A stretch of 64,000 bases of DNA, from contig CP158635.1 in assembly GCA_050273025.1 (NCBI GenBank), positions 7,998,001 to 8,062,000 on the forward strand, written 5' to 3'. The stretch comes from Cenococcum geophilum. Lineage: Eukaryota. The position numbers were made by a program, and so were the translations under genes. Below are positions 63,118 to 64,000 of this stretch, one piece after another. Below the pieces are notes generated by a model. That model searched no databases, was not told the origin of the DNA, and saw only the letters and a program-made list of their open reading frames with translations. The stretch's first letter is position 1, and each line of letters starts with the position of its first letter.

Positions 63118-63498
63118 CTAGTAGTTATAACATCGTACTTAAAGCGTCCGTAATATCTAATATAAAATAGAAATAGGGTATTTATGGGAATAATATAGAA
63201 AGTAATACACCCTAAGGGGGTTTAGACCCTAATTATACTAAAAGAGATTATAGTACCCTTGCTAAAATAAATTGTATATTAGCCTACCGTTAAATAGTTA
63301 ATCTAAATAGAGTTATTAAGCTACTAAAGGGCTTAAACTTAAGGTTCTTCTATTATAGATACTCCTGCGGCTCTAATATCTAGTATAATACCATAGAAGA
63401 CGTTTACTAAGTATCTATTATTAAAGGAGAACGCGGAACTCTCTTTAGCTTATTAAAGATATCTAACTTTATAATAAAATAGAGTGTAGATTAGTTAT

Positions 63499-63805
63499 TG
63501 TTGGTCACATAGGGTGACTCATCAATAACGACTACTCGAGTAGGGTTACAGTGATGTTGGTTGATAAAGCTTTTTGATTGGAATGAGGAAGGGCGAGGAG
63601 CTTAAGGCTCCTCGCCACGCTAGTGCCGCGGCGACACGTGATGGCAACTTGCCATCACGTGACGGCAGTTTGCCGTACGTGACGGCAAATTGCCTCATTC
63701 CCGACACTGGCAACTCTTCTTTTGTAGTTGCCCTCTATATACAAATACTGCTTAACTATTGTAACAAATATAGATCCTTCTTATTTACTATTGCCATTAT
63801 AATAT
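63499..63805. mobile_element. LTR related to 34563-35350
   Basis: Shares sequence blocks with the 34563 LTR and is less RIPed. Confidence 0.65.
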
Positions 63806-64000
63806 AAGTCTCGCTGTCCTAAAACTTACCTCTTAGCACGTAGTGCTTTCTTGCTAAGGAGTCGTGGGTAGATATTATGTTAGGGCCGTTAGGGCCGCTA
63901 AGGCGCTAGCTATAAGCGAGCTAATAGCGATTTTCTATGCCGGGTATGGAAAATCCTGATTGGCTGGTTGAAATTAGGGTCTGTAGAGCGTTATGCTCTT

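Larger units (their letters stand above)
38284..63155 (-). mobile_element. Gypsy element A (chromovirus) with TSD TCTAA; 3' LTR 38284-~41359 and 5' LTR 56336-63155 are each interrupted, and the body is split by element B
   Basis: TCTAA at 38279-38283 and 63156-63160. Both LTRs start T(G/A)TAA(C/T)(G/A)AAGCCTT.TAGGAAATACTACGG. gag-PR-RT-RH-INT-chromo lie on the minus strand at 56290-50090. Confidence 0.85.

Noticed and set aside
34563..63805. The two TGTTGGTCAC LTRs as the paired ends of one intact Copia element
   Set aside because: I could not find a matching TSD, the LTR interiors differ, and gag appears missing before 63499; reported only as related LTRs.
1..64000. Starship captain recombinase, telomere tracts, tRNA or rRNA genes
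   Set aside because: No tyrosine-recombinase motifs, (TTAGGG)n arrays or RNA-gene signatures were recognisable by eye.

Overview
This is a filamentous-ascomycete genomic window dominated by AT-rich, RIP-mutated (CpA/TpG converted to TpA) nested transposon relics: Ty3/Gypsy, Ty1/Copia, Tad1-like LINEs, PIF/Harbinger, Tc1/mariner-pogo derivatives, solo LTRs and minisatellite-filled TIR elements. These surround one non-RIPed GC-balanced island (~24.4-32.7 kb) with three genes or remnants: a Cys-rich secreted/type-I membrane protein that may be chimeric, a fungal transcription-factor-domain pseudogene broken by a solo LTR, and an intact 3-exon, 815-aa gene on the minus strand. That last gene is the standout. 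It encodes a signal-peptide-less V8-type (Glu-specific) serine protease fused, via an HHNGG low-complexity linker, to a tandemly duplicated module holding four 'E|GFFD' amphipathic helical peptides that lack internal Glu and are bounded by Glu sites. I interpret it as a candidate self-processing protease-peptide polyprotein that could release membrane-active, AMP-like peptides. Other points: a RIP-killed SNF2-family helicase gene followed by a 75-bp array, an antisense Zn2Cys6-like ORF carried by two Gypsy elements, and a TSD-resolved transposon nest from 38 to 63 kb.
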